Source: Malacoraja senta (lineage: Eukaryota). From it: a stretch of DNA of 64,000 bases. Positions 22,562 through 35,037 of this stretch are shown piece by piece. The notes under the pieces are model-generated. The model was not told the origin of the DNA, made no database searches, and saw only the letters and a program-made list of their open reading frames with translations. How positions within the stretch are numbered: position 1 is the stretch's first letter; every line of letters starts with the position of its first letter. Made by a program: the position numbers and the translations under genes. The stretch covers positions 20,400,001-20,464,000 of the forward strand of contig CM075989.1 of NCBI GenBank assembly GCA_038087875.1, read 5' to 3'.

Positions 22562-24772
22562 ACCCATTCCTTCTCTCCAGAGATGCTGCCCGACCCGCTG
22601 AGTTACTCCAGCTTTTTGTGTCTCTTCGGTTTAAACTAGCAGTACCTTCCTACACACTTCTCCATCTTTATGTCACCTTCACTAATGGCGTTAGGATGAA
22701 CCAGGAGATAGTCTCAAGGTTGCAAGAAGGCAGCATGGATCAATTCCTGGGCTGGGATCCATCATCTTGGATTTCTCTACATGGAGTTTTGTAGATTTTG
22801 GTTTTATTCATAAATGAGCAGTCCTGACGCTCTGTACTAATGATCTCAATCCTTTGCTCACTTCACCACATTTATCGAATGCTGCACCTCCTCTCTCAGT
22901 TCAGTTTACTCACACCATACTTTTATGTACAATCGCTTATCACTAACATTACTTTGTCTTCACTGTAAATGTTTATGCACATCATTTGCTGCAGCCTCTT
23001 TAATATTCCTGCTATTACTGAAGTTAAAAAAGCTTCTGTTTGGTTTTAATTTCAAGGTCATTAATGTAGATTAGAATAACCGACCCATACACTGATCTTG
23101 TAGAACTACTGTCCATATCTCCTTTGGGTAGAGTGTACAAGTCTGATGAGTGCTGTGATATTTTTTTTAAATTCAACTTTGCCTTGTATATAAAGTTGCC
23201 TAACAATCGAACTGCACAATTAGCTGGACTAGTGGCAGAGTTTAACGGGTTATTTCTGTCCCTACCCAGTGTGAAGTAAATACAAAGCAAACACATCTGT
23301 TCTTCAACAGGGAACAATGGTTTTGACCTTCTTATCAACGTGCCCAGAAATACCTTAGCTTTTGCAGATTCCTGTGAAGTTTTACATTGCCCAAAGATCA
23401 TATTGCAAAATGTAATGGATGGGATTGCAATTTTAATCCCTTGCCATGTGTCTGGTTGGGAAACAATTGTACAAGCAAACAAACTGAGACTATTAGACCC
23501 ACTGTGTACCATAAATCAACATTTACCCAGTTGGCTTGTCTGCCTTAACCCATTTCACTTAACAGAAGGATTTTAGACGCACCGATTTAATTAATTTTTA
23601 CATTGGAATACAAAAGAAATGACACATTATAGCACCAAAATTATATTGAAGGACAAAATTGTAGCTGGGGAAGGTTGCATGCACAATTGTTTTTGTTGAC
23701 ATGTTGGATGTACAAAAGCATTTAATTAGGATCTGAAAGTGGAAAAAAAAAGAGCTAGCATTCTACAGAGAGTTTTTTAGTTGTTTTTACTTTAAAATCC
23801 TAGCGTTTGCATTTTTTATTTTTATCTTCTGAATCTTTCTTGGCTGAACGTGTAATTTGCCTCAGCCCGAAGATTTGATTGTTCTGTGGAATTTTGCCAA
23901 TTTGGTGTAAAATCCTCGATGCATTTAAAATACAGTGAAACTTCAGGCTGATTACAGGTTTATGGTAACTGTCAGATTTTCTAGCAGATGCTTTAATTTA
24001 ACTTTACATGCTAAAAAAAGTAAGTGTCTAATCTTGAAGTTGATTTATGATTAAGTGGCAATTTAAATTAAGAGCACCAGGCAGTCACTTGCTTCATCAA
24101 AATGGGGGATTAGATGGGACTTTTGTGAAGATGTCAATCAGAATGTAAGCAGGTTCACATCCACTAAGGTTGTTTAGGATCATAATTATCATCAGTTTTA
24201 TTTTTATCTGGAAAATGAAATGTGTTTATTCTGTTCAACTTATTAAAAACTGTGCCTTCCATTTTGTTTAGCTACGCACAAAGGTTGCTACACACATTTT
24301 TCTTTTGTATTTCAATGTACATTTTTTTTTTAAATCAGTGCATCTAAAATCCTGTCAAGTGCAGCTAAGTGAAATGGGATAAGGTGGACAAGAAAGCTGG
24401 GTATGAGAATGCAAGGAACTGCAGATGCTGGAGTCTTGGGCACAACGCACAAAGTGATGGAGTAACTCAGCAGGTCAGGCAGCATGTGTGGAGGGAATGT
24501 GCAGACCACTGGACATGTGCTGGATATGACGGATGAATTAATTAATTAATATGCCTATTAATTAAGGCCACTCCTTTAGTGTTTAGCTGCTTGCAAGCCC
24601 AGCTGCGTCCTTTGGACTATGACTAAAGGGGTGCTTCAGGGATCGGTGCTGGGCCCACTGCTGTTTGTGGTCGATATGATTTGGATGAGAGTACAAGATT
24701 AATAAGTTGGCGGATGACACTAAAGTGTGTGGTATCGGAGAGAGCGCAGATAGACACAAAATGCTGGAGTAA

Positions 24773-25160
24773 AGGGCCTGCCCCACTGTACGAGGTAATT
24801 CAAGAGCTCTCCCGAGTTTAAAAAAAAAATCAAACTCGTGGTAAAGCACGTAGAATGTACGTAGCGGGTACGTCGGAGCTCGGGACGTCTCTTAGCGGCT
24901 CGTAACGCTAACGGCAGGTACACGGGAAACGCGGTAAGCTCGTGAAGACTCGTGAAGATTTTTCAACATGTTGAAAAATGTCCACGAGAGCCCCGAGTAC
25001 CTACGAGCGGCTATTACCGTAAATCTCCGAGTTCTAATGTTGAAAAATGTCCACGAGATCCCCGGGTACCTACGAGCGGCTATTACCGTAAATCTCCGAG
25101 TTCTAATCAGGGGAAACTCGGGAGAACTCTTGAATTAGCTCGTACAGTGGGACAGGCCCT
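24773..25160. mobile_element. Harbinger MITE nested in a Penelope-derived repeat
   Basis: TIRs AGGGCCTGCCCCACT / AGTGGGACAGGCCCT, TAA/TTA flanks; 69-bp internal tandem duplication 24968-25105. Confidence 0.8.
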
Positions 25161-25563
25161 TTAGTCAGTGGGACAGGCAGCACCTATCGTTAGAAGGAAT
25201 TGGTGACGTTTCGGGTCGAGACTGTTCTTGATACAGGGAAGATTAGCTGGCTAAGTCAGAGGAAGGTTAATGGAGTTTAATGCAGACAAATGCAAGGTGG
25301 TGCATTTTGGGAAGTCAAAGCATGACAGGACCTTCACAGTGAATGGCAAGGCTCTGGGCAGTGTTGTAGAGCAGAGGGATCTAGGAGTGCAGGTACATGG
25401 AAAGTGATGTCAACAAATAAGCTCTGAACTACAACAGACTATTATTATTATTATTGCACTATAAATGTTTGTTTTTTGAGTATATGTGTATGTAATACAC
25501 ACTGAACTGTTTTTCTCCCGTTATGTACAATGTTTACATATTCTGTTGTGCTGCAGCAAGTAA

Positions 25564-25883
25564 TAGCCCTGTCCCACGGTGCGAGTTTATTCCAAGAGCT
25601 CTCCCGAGTTTTAAAAAAATCAAACTCGTGATAAGCACGGAGAATGAACGTAGCGGGTATGTCGGAGCTCGGGGACGTCTCTTAGCGCTAACGGCAGGTA
25701 CTCGGGAAGACTCGCTAACGGTAGGTAAGCACGGGAAGACTCGTGAAGATTTTTCAACATGATGAAAAATGTCCACGAGAGCCCCGAGTACCGACGAGTG
25801 GCCATTACCGTAAATCTCCGAGTTCGAATCAGGGCAAACTCGGGAGAACTCTTGGAATGAACTCGTACCATGGGATAGGGGTT
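25564..25883. mobile_element. Harbinger MITE nested in a Rex1-type 3' tail
   Basis: Splits GCAGCAAG-TAA-GAATTTCATTG with a TAA duplication; same interior family as 24773-25160. Confidence 0.8.
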
Positions 25884-28193
25884 TAAGAATTTCATTGTTC
25901 TATCTGGGACACATGACAATAAAACACTCTTGACTTGACTCTCTTGACTCTTGATTAAGTAGACTTTTGGTACATTGGCCTTCATCAGTCAGGGTATTGA
26001 GTATGGAAGTTGGGATGTTATGTTGCAGTTGGACAAGACGTTGGTAAGGCCACATTTGGAGTATTGTTTAAGAAAGAACTGCAGATGCTGGAAAAATCGA
26101 AGGTAGACAAAAATGCTGGAGAAACTCAGCGGGTGAGGCAGCATCTATGGAGCGAAGGAATAGGTGACGTTTCAGGTCGAGATCCTTCTTCAGACGAGTT
26201 ATGGAAAAGGGAAAACGAGAGATATAGACGATGATGTAGAGAGATAAAGAACAATGAATGAAAGATATGTAAAAAAGTAACAATGATAAAGGAAACAGGC
26301 CATTGTTAGCTGTTTGTTGGGTGAAATGATTCTATTACCTCAGTAACAACACTGAAGGTAGACAAAAATGCTGAAGATTGCTGGAAATGCTTGGAGCATT
26401 GTGTTCAGTTTTGGCCATCCTGCTATTGGAAAGATGTTGTTAAGCTGGAAAGAGTGCAGAGAATATTTGCAAGGATGTTGCCAGGACGAGGCCCTGAACT
26501 TCAGGGAGAGGTTGAGCAAGCCAGGACTCTATTCCGTGGAGTGCAGAGTGATCTTACTGGGGTGTATACAATCATGATGGAGATTGATAGGGTGAATAGA
26601 CAGACTTTTGTCCAGAGCAGGGGTCATAGAACCAGACGACATAGGTTTAAAGATAAAAGGGAAAGAATTAACGGGGATCTTTTGCCACACAGAGGGTAGT
26701 GGGCTTTTGTAACGATTTGCCAGAGGAACTACATGAGCAGGTACTATAACAACATTTAAAAGACATCTGGACAGGTACATAGATAAGAAAGGTTGGAGGG
26801 ATATGGGCCAAATGCAGGCACGTGGGACGAGCATAAATGGGGCATCTTGGTCAGCAAGGGCAAGTTGGGCTGAAGGGCCTGTTTCTGTGCTGCAAGACTC
26901 TATGCTAGTCATTACATCATCGTGGATTATGCATAGCTGCATAACCAAGACTTACTGAACGTTTAAATATGTGCCTTCTCGGTTACTTGACCATCAGGTG
27001 AAGGAAATAAACTTTTCCTGCTTACTGCATGTAGGCCCCTTATTGCTTTAGACTTCATTTACTTTCATAAAATGCTTCCAATCCAAGGAAAACAACCCTA
27101 GTACTTTCCTCATAACTAAGATTTTCCAGTCCCGACAACATCCCCATAAACCTTCTCCAGTATAATCAAATCTTTCCTGTGATGTGGTGATCAGAACTGT
27201 ACTCATTACTCAATCTGTGGCCTAACAAGGGTTGTTTGCATTTCCAACATTAACTCGCCCAGCCCGCTTTTATATCCTATGCCTCATCGAGTAAAAAAAA
27301 AAAGCATCCAAGTATCTTTTTAACATGTGGTTTGTGGATAGGACACTGTTTATCCCAAACTAGAAGTCCTTTCTTTGTACAGCCGAATATTCATTCAACA
27401 GTTCGAATGAAAACATATCCATGCAGTTTAAAGATCTTATCAAGGGGCGTCATGGTGGCGCAGCGGTAGAGTTGCTGCCTTACAGCGCCAGAGACCCGGG
27501 TTCGATCCTGACTACAGGTGCTGTCTGTATGGAGTTTGTACGTTCTCCCCGTGGGTTTCAAGCCAAGCCAAGCCTTGACTGCTGTTGCTGACCAGACCCC
27601 GAGCTGCTGAAGGTTGTACCTTGCAGTCACCTCCACGGAAACTCTAGACAGAACGCCCACTACCACATCCACATCTGGGAGCAATTGGCTTGGGCAGAAG
27701 CTGAGGAAATTCCTTCCGCACCTGGCAATGCACCCAGAATGTGGTCTTCAGAAAGTTGAAATAATTTTTATAAGTTAAACTAGAATTACAATTAAAGTTG
27801 GCAGCAATCCGTCAGCAAGGTATCTGGTAAGCAGTTCAGTTCACAGATACAGCATGGTAACAAGCCCGTCGGCCCACCAAGTCCGTGCCGACCAGCGGAC
27901 CCCGTACGACCACTCTACACTACACTATCCCACACACTTGGGACAATTTACAATTTTACCAAAGCCAATTAACCTACAAACCTGTACATCTTTGGAGTGT
28001 GGAAGGAAACCAGAGCACATGGAGAAAACCCATGCGGTCTCAGGCAGAAGGTACAAATTCCACACAGACAGCACCCGTAGTCAGGATCGAACCTGCGTCC
28101 CTGGCGCTGTAAGGCAGCAATACAGTGCTGCGCCACTGGGCTGCGCCCTTTCACACTAGTTCTATGTTATCCCACTATTTCATCCACTGGGGT

Positions 28194-28247
28194 GGGGTGG
28201 GAGATTGCAACCTTCATGTGGTCCGCCCTGTTTCGACGAATGCAATC
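28194..28247 (+). ncRNA. HDV-like self-cleaving ribozyme motif
   Basis: GGGGUGG-GA-GAUUGCA-ACC-UUCAUGU-GGU-CCGCCCU-G-U-UUCG-A-C-GAA-UGCAAUC; G1-U wobble, 7-bp P1, 7-bp P2, 3-bp P3, CGAA J4/2. Confidence 0.85.
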
Positions 28248-28334
28248 AACCTGGCGTGCACAATCAAGTAAGATCAAACAGAACAAGTTGTCCTACAACT
28301 TTAGGCTGTGCACGCCATACGCAAGAAGAAGAAG
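28194..28334 (+). mobile_element. Short non-autonomous retroelement with 5' HDV-like ribozyme (Vingi-type), copy 2
   Basis: 11-bp TSD ATCCACTGGGG at 28182-28192 and 28335-28345; (GAA)n tail; inserted in an HE1 SINE. Confidence 0.85.
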
Positions 28335-28751
28335 ATCCACTGGGGACAATTTATAGAGACCAATTAACCTACAAACTTTGGGATGTATAAGGAAACTCAC
28401 ATGGTCATCAGGGAGCACGTGCAAACTCCACACAGACAGCACCCGAGGTCAGGATCAAACCTGAACTAGAGTCCCTGGCACTGTGAGGCAGCAGCTCTAC
28501 CAGCTGCGGCACTGTGCCGCCCCCTCTGAGATACTGGTGTGAGACTTGTAATATTGCTCAAGTTCCATGGAGAAAGGCCCTTCAGCCCATCAAGTAGACA
28601 GAACCTTTCTCGTAGGATGGAAATGTCCATCACTAGTGGTGGAGGCAGATACGATAGTGGCGTTAAAGAAGCTTTAGGATAGGAAGTGCAAGGAATGGAG
28701 GGATATGGATCATGTACAGGCAGATGAGATCAGTTTAACTCGGGGGAGCAG

Positions 28752-29070
28752 GTCACGGTGGTGCAACGGTAGAGTTGCTGCTTTACAGCGAATGCAGCGC
28801 CGGAGACCCGGGTTCGATCCCGACTACAGGCGCTGTGTACGGAGTTTGTACGTTCTCCCCGTGACCCACGTGGGTTTTCTCCGAGATCTTCAGTTTCCTC
28901 CCACACTCCAAAGACGTACAGTTTTGTAGGTTAATTGGCTTGGTAAATGTAAAAATTGCCCTTAGTGCGTGTAGGACAGTGTTAATGTGCGGGGATCACT
29001 GGTCAGCGCGGACCCGGTGGGCTGAAGGGCCTGTTTCCGCGCTGTATCTCTAAACTAAACTAAACTAAAC
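28752..29070 (+). mobile_element. HE1 (V-SINE) SINE
   Basis: GGTTCGATCCC B box, V-domain, (CTAAA)n tail. Confidence 0.85.
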
Positions 29071-29279
29071 TTGCCATCATGTTCAGCACAAACATTGTGG
29101 GCCGAAGGGCCCATTACTCTGTTGTACTGTTGTATGTTCTTAATTGCCAATTGATTTTTGATTGAAAAACAATTGTATAAAAACTGATCTAAGGCAGTCA
29201 ATAAGCCATCCAGAAAACAAATATTTCTGAAGGATATGCTGTAAGGTTTTTGGGTTTGAGCTATTAATCTTTCTTCGTA

Positions 29280-29870
29280 GTCATAGAGTGATACTGTGTG
29301 GAAGTTTGGCCCAACTTGCCCACACTGGCCAACATGTCCCAGCTACACTGGTCCCACCTGCCTGCATTTGGTCCATATCCCTCCAAACTTGTCCTATCTA
29401 TGTACCTGTCTAACTGTTTCTTAAACGTTGGGATAGTTCCAGCCTCAACTACCTCCTCTGGCAGCTTGTTCCATACACCCACCACCCTCTGTGTGACAAA
29501 ATTACCCCTCAGATTCCTATTAAATCTTTTCCCCTTCACCTTGAACCTATGTCCTCTGGTCCTCGATTCCCCTACTCTGGGCAAGAGACTATGTGCATCT
29601 ACCCAATTTATTCCTCTCATGATTTTATACACCTCCATAAGATCACCCCTCATCCTCCTGCACTCTAAGGAATAGAGTTCCAGCCTGCTCAACCTCTCCC
29701 TATAGCTCACACCCTGTAGTCCTGGCAACATCCTCGTAAATCTTCTCTGATCCCTTTCAAGCTTGACAACATCTTTCTTATAACATGAACTGAACTTTCT
29801 TGAACTGAACACAATCCTCTAAATGCGGTCTCACCAACGTCTTATACAACTGCAACGTGACCGCCCAACT
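29280..29870 (-). mobile_element. CR1 LINE 3' fragment
   Basis: ORF 29264-29812 KDVVKLER..RMRGDLMEVYK..WNKLP. Confidence 0.9.
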
Positions 29871-30239
29871 TCGATACTCAAATTCTTGTGTTTACTTCAT
29901 TCCAAGGAGAAGTTTCCAATTTTTTAAAAAAAATTTTAACCGCACAAGGTGGCAAATACTGGCAGAAGATGACCTTTCATTTCTAGTCACGGCTGGGTGT
30001 GATTTCTTGTACCTCAGCTCCATCTCCAGTACTCAGTGTTTGGTCAAATCACAGGCAGGTGAAAGGAGTGATTTGTCATCTGATTCTCTCAAATGACGTG
30101 TGAAATCAAACAATGAACAGAAAAGCTGTGACATGTTTTCAAGTGATCCATCAGCTGTTTCAGTTCAGTTCCCAGCAGTGGATCCTCGATCTGAGTCAGA
30201 TAGCCACTGGAGTCGTTCTTGCAGGTACAAACCCACCGT

Positions 30240-30505
30240 GGGACCCAGGATCAATCCTGCCTATGGGTGCTGTCTGTACAGAATTTGTACATTTATTCCC
30301 GTGACTGCGTGGGTTTTCTCCAGGTGCTCCGGTTTCCTCCCACGCTCCAATGACGCAGGGGTTTGTGGGTTAATTGTCTTTGGTAAAATTGTACATTGTC
30401 CCTAGTGTGTGGGATAGTGTTAGTGTACGGGGTGATCGCTCGCTGGCGTTGTCTCGGGGGGCCGAAGGGCTTGTTTCCGCACTGTATCTTTAAAGTATAA
30501 AGTCT
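30240..30505 (+). mobile_element. HE1 (V-SINE) SINE, 5'-truncated
   Basis: V-domain and tail. Confidence 0.75.
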
Positions 30506-30624
30506 GAAGATTGATGTTTATCTTGCAATTATGCAATTAACATTGAGTTTGCATGGAAAGTGGGATTTCCTTTATGTGGGAGATTCAGATTTTAAAAGAT
30601 GCAAGACAAATGTGCTGCAAACAC

Positions 30625-31125
30625 AGAAAGTCTCACCTTCTCCATCATGGTCTGGTTTGGCTCAGCCACCAAGCACGATATCCGGAGGCTGCAGCGAATC
30701 GTCTGATCAGCTGAGAAGGTTATTGGCTGCAACCTTCCCCCCATTGACGAACTGTACACTACAAGGGCCAGGAAACGAGCGGCCACGATCATCTCTGACC
30801 CCTCTCACCCTGGCCACAAACTCTTTGAATCACTTCCCTCTGGATGGCGACTCCGGATTGTCAAAGCCCGCCACAGCCAGACATAAAAACAGCTTTTTTC
30901 CACGAGTAGTAGCTCTACTCAATAACCCACAATCTGTAGCCTCCTTTTGCTCTGGTATTTTATTTAATTCACATGTTTAATCAATAATGTTTTATTATTA
31001 ATGTTTAATGTTTAATGTGTCATTCCTAACTGTCACTGTATGTCATGTTGTTACTTGCGGGCGGAGCACCAAGGCAAATTCCCTGTATGTGACTACTTGG
31101 CCAATAAACTTATTCATTCATTCAT
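30625..31125 (+). mobile_element. Rex1/Babar-type LINE 3' fragment
   Basis: Translates LTFSIMVWFGSA..RLQRIV..AEKVIGCNLP..LY..DPSHPGHKLF..LPSG..SFFP; AATAAA plus (ATTC)n tail. Confidence 0.8.
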
Positions 31126-31149
31126 TTATTTAAAAAATCGCACACACTT

Positions 31150-31535
31150 CCATAGAAAAGTACAGCACAGGAACAGCCCATAATAACAGCTGAATATGAT
31201 GCCATCAACCAACTCTTACCACCCTGCACATAATCCATGTTCCTCCATTTCCTTTATACCCGTGTGCCTATCCAAAAGTCTCTTCAATGCCTTTATCGTA
31301 TCTACCTCCACCACCCCAGGCAATACGTTTCAGGCACTCACCACCCACTGGGTCAAATAAACTCGTCCCGCACATCTCCTTGAAGCTTTTCCCCTCTCAC
31401 TGTAAAACTATGTCCTCCAGTAGTTTTTTTTTCCACCCTGGGAAAAAGGTTCTGAATGTCTGCCCTATCTATGCCTCTCATAATGTTATGTACTTCTATC
31501 AGGTCTCCCCGCAACCTCTGGCGTTCCAGAGCTGC
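31150..31535 (-). mobile_element. CR1 LINE 3' fragment
   Basis: LERQRLRGDLIEV..IMRGIDR. Confidence 0.75.
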
Positions 31536-31913
31536 AACCATGATGTCGATTTGCTTTGGGCTTGGAGCCAATATTAAACCTGCCCATCTCCAGGCGGGGA
31601 AGCGTTGCACCAGTAATCTATCAAAGAAAACAGCTGCCCCTGTCGGGATTCATCAATGAGGATTTCCAGCCAAGTGTCCAAAATGCCACCCAGGCAGCCG
31701 AACCAGGCTCAACCAGCTGACACCTTGAAGTTTAAATCGACAATGTGTGATATGGTATGCAAAGGATTAAGGGCAATGTCTTGTTTCAATCTCATTATTG
31801 GCTTAGTCTCCAAATATTATTTGCGAGTCTGTGCAAATGCTTTGCTGCTCAAAAGCGAATAGACTCCTGCTTCAGCAAATGAAAAGTCATAAATTTGAGC
31901 GTATCCATAAAAT

Positions 31914-32215
31914 TGGGGCGGCATGGTGGCACAGCGTAGAGCAGCTGCCTTACAGCACCAGAGATCCGGGTTCGATCCTGACTACGGGTGCTTGTCTGTA
32001 CGTTCTCCCCATGACCTGCGTTGGTTTTCTCCGGGAGCTCCGGTTTCCTCCCACACTCCAAATACGTAGATGTTTGTAGGTAAATCGGCTTCAGTAAAAT
32101 TGTCCCTAGTGTGTGTAGGATAGTGTTAGTGTGTGTGTGTATCGCTGGTTGGCGCAGACTCGGTGGGCTAAAGGGTCTGTTTCCGCGCTGTATCTCTAAA
32201 ACTAAAACTAAAACT
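31914..32215 (+). mobile_element. HE1 (V-SINE) SINE
   Basis: Head, V-domain, tail. Confidence 0.85.
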
Positions 32216-33309
32216 ATTCAAAATGTTATCAAATCCATCACATGATCCGTTCCATTTAATGCTCCTGTAATTATTTGATGATCATTTCACATTGCCAGCT
32301 TGTTTTCAATTAAACAGGAAACCGTTAAACCTTGTGTCGAAAGGAACTGCAGAAGCTGGTTTATACTGAAGATAGACACTCACAAACCCAAAATGTCACC
32401 TATTCTTTTTCTCCAGAGATGCTGCCTGACCCGCTGAGTTACTCCAGCATTTTGTGTCTAACTGTTTAATATTTATTGCCTTCATTCCAAAGCATTGATA
32501 TATTGTAAGCAAATGATCCGTGCAAACTTGGCAATCAAGCATTAGTTTAGTTTAGTTTAGTTTATTGTCACGTGTACCGAGGTACAGTGAAAAGCTTTTG
32601 TTGTGTGCTAACCAGTCATAGGAAAGACAATACATGATTACAGTCGAACGATTTACAGTATATGATAAGGGAATAATGTTTAGTGCAAGGTGAGGCCAGC
32701 AAAGCCCGGACAAGGATCGTCCGAGGGTCACACATGAGGTAGATTGGTAAAAGCTCCAAGTCATCATGAGGAGATGGTAGATCTCGCATCAGCACATGAA
32801 GGCTGAAGACGTCAGCGACCTGCTCTTTCTGTAATAGAGTCTATAATTCCTGTAGAGGGTTGAGTAGTTACTGTAGAACTGGAGTGAAAGCACGTCATCA
32901 TTCACATTGAGGGTCTGCCTAAGAGAGGGATTATGCGCATTGCTATGTATAGTGGTGCCAACTATTACTAATGTTGAAACGTTATTTTCTTTGGTAAAAG
33001 ATGCAGAAACTGTCCCCATGTTTCATGGGACCAGTGCCTTTCACATCCTGATTAATTGACAATTGTGCAGGTATTGGACTATTTCTCATATTGGACTAAT
33101 ATTAATGGGGTTGCATTGTTTGTTAGCCAGTGGCAACTGCTCTTGCAACTTTTCAAATCCAGCTGTCCCTGTTAGTTTATTGACTGCTCATGCCCTCACC
33201 CACTCCTTTGTTGCCTTTAGATTTGACTTCCAATACTTTCCTCTTGCTTCCCCTCATTCATCATAAAAATTAGTTCATCCAAACCTCAGTTACATTTAAC
33301 TTGCACCTT

Positions 33310-33341
33310 TCCCCAGTCCCCCCTCTCTCTCTCATTCTCTC

Positions 33342-33426
<85 letters not shown>

Positions 33427-33540
33427 CCTCCCTCCCTCCCTCCCTCCCTCCCTCCCTCCCTCCCCCCCTCCCCCCTCCCCCCCTCCTCCTCCTCCTCCCC
33501 TCTCTCCTCCCTCCTCCCTCCTCTCTTCTCTCTTCCTTTC
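33310..33540. repeat. Compound (CT)n/(CCCT)n/(CCT)n microsatellite
   Basis: ~230 bp of almost pure pyrimidine on +. Confidence 0.95.
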
Positions 33541-34168
33541 AATCATTTTCTTTCTTTGCATCTCACTCTTTCCCTCACAATTCATCTTTTCTCTATTCAG
33601 AAATCGAATGATAATGCAAGTAATACTAATATATTAAATTGGAAACCAGGTCATTATGGTCCAGAAATGATTTGGCCTCTGGAAAGGCAGACGAGCATGG
33701 GATTTTCACAAAGTGGGGTGGTTTTGATTGCAAATGAACCCCAGGGATGGTGATGCAAGAGATTTGGAGTGTCAGTGTGGTTAGACTGAGGTAAGACTTG
33801 GGTGGAGCTGAGCTATCTACACGCCCCATCTACACTAGTCCCACCTGCCTGTGATTGGCCCATATCCCTCTAAACCTGTCCTATCCATCTACCTGTCAAC
33901 ATGTTTCTTCAACGTTGTGATAGTACCCACCTCAAGTACCTCTCCCAGCAACTTGTTTCATACACCCATCACCCTTTGCGTAAAATGATTACCCCTCAGA
34001 CTCCTAATAAATCTTTCCCCTCTCATGTTAAACTATGTCCTCTGGTTCTCGATTCCCGTAATCTGGGCAAGATACTCTGTGCGTTTACCCGATCTATTCC
34101 TCTCATGATTTTACACACTTTCTGCCAAAATATTTAAGCAGCGTGGTATTCAGCACGGAAATGCAATA

Positions 34169-34483
34169 GGGCAGCACGGTGGCGCAGCGGAAGAGTTGCT
34201 GTCTTCCAGCGCCAGAGACCCGGGTTCGATCCTGACAACGGGTGCTGTCTGTACGGAGTTTGCACGTTCTCCCCGTGACCTGCGTGGGTTTTCTCCAGGA
34301 TCTCCGGTTTCCTTCCACACTCCAAAGACGTACAGGTTTGCAGGTTAATTGGCTTTGGTATAATTGTACTTTGTCCCTAGTGTGCGTAGGATGGTGTTAA
34401 TGTGCGGAGATCGCTGGTCGGCGCGGACTCGGTGGGTCAAACAGTCTGTTTCCGCGCTGTATCTCTAAACCTAAACTAAACTA
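34169..34483 (+). mobile_element. HE1 (V-SINE) SINE
   Basis: A box TGGCGCAGCGG, B box GGTTCGATCC, V-domain, tail. Confidence 0.88.
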
Positions 34484-34600
34484 ATTTCTTCATATTTTGC
34501 TATAATTTCCCATATGCCTGGTGGGAATTGAGATTGGAATACAGTTTTTAAATTGAAATATTCAAAAATTTACAAGCATTTGTGGGGCAGGGAATTTACT

Positions 34601-35037
34601 GGTAGACAAAAGTGCTGGAGAAACTCAGCTGGTGCGGCAGCATCTGTGGAGCAAAGGAAATAGGCAACATTTCGGGCCAAAACCCTTCTTCAGACTGATG
34701 CAGGGTGGGGGGGGGGGGGAAGAAGAAAGGAAGAGGAGGAGCCAGAAGGCTGAGGGAGAGCTGGGAAGGGGAGGAGACAGCAAGGGTTACCGGAAATTGG
34801 AGAAGTCAATGTTTATGCCGCTAGGGTGCAGACTGCCCAAGCGGAATATGCGGTGCTGCTCCTCCAGTTTCCGGTGGTGCTCACTCTGGCCATGGAGGAG
34901 GCCCAGGACAGAAAGGTCGGATTCGGAATGGGAGGGGGAGTTGAAGTGGTGAGCCACAGGGAGATCAGGTTGGTTATTGCGAACCGAGCGGAGGTGTCCG
35001 GCGAAAAGAATCGCCAAGCCTACGCTTGGTCTCACCT
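34601..35037 (-). mobile_element. Penelope-like element 3' fragment (GIY-YIG C-terminus plus hammerhead repeat)
   Basis: ORF 34787-35035 ..HLRSV..LPVAHHFN..H..RKLEEQH.IFRLGSLHPSGINIDF; hammerhead core at 34666-34693. Confidence 0.85.

Larger units (their letters stand above)
24620..26905 (+). mobile_element. Degraded CR1 LINE including RT core, host to multiple nested insertions
   Basis: GV.QGSVLGPLLF and ADDTK-like motifs at ~24625-24725, later EHCVQFW..KLERVQR, CR1 tail near 26900. Confidence 0.8.
27835..28523 (-). mobile_element. Two tandem HE1 SINEs (second interrupted by the HDV-ribozyme element)
   Basis: Units at ~27835-28148 and ~28150-28523. Confidence 0.8.

Noticed and set aside
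23024..23512. 162-aa minus-strand ORF
   Set aside because: No recognisable domain or exon structure; likely chance ORF in unique non-coding DNA
33270..33753. ORFs with (ER)n and (SL)n runs
   Set aside because: Translation of a microsatellite
34169..34250. tRNA-like sequences with A/B boxes (many copies)
   Set aside because: Heads of HE1 SINEs, continuous with the V-domain and LINE tail, not tRNA genes
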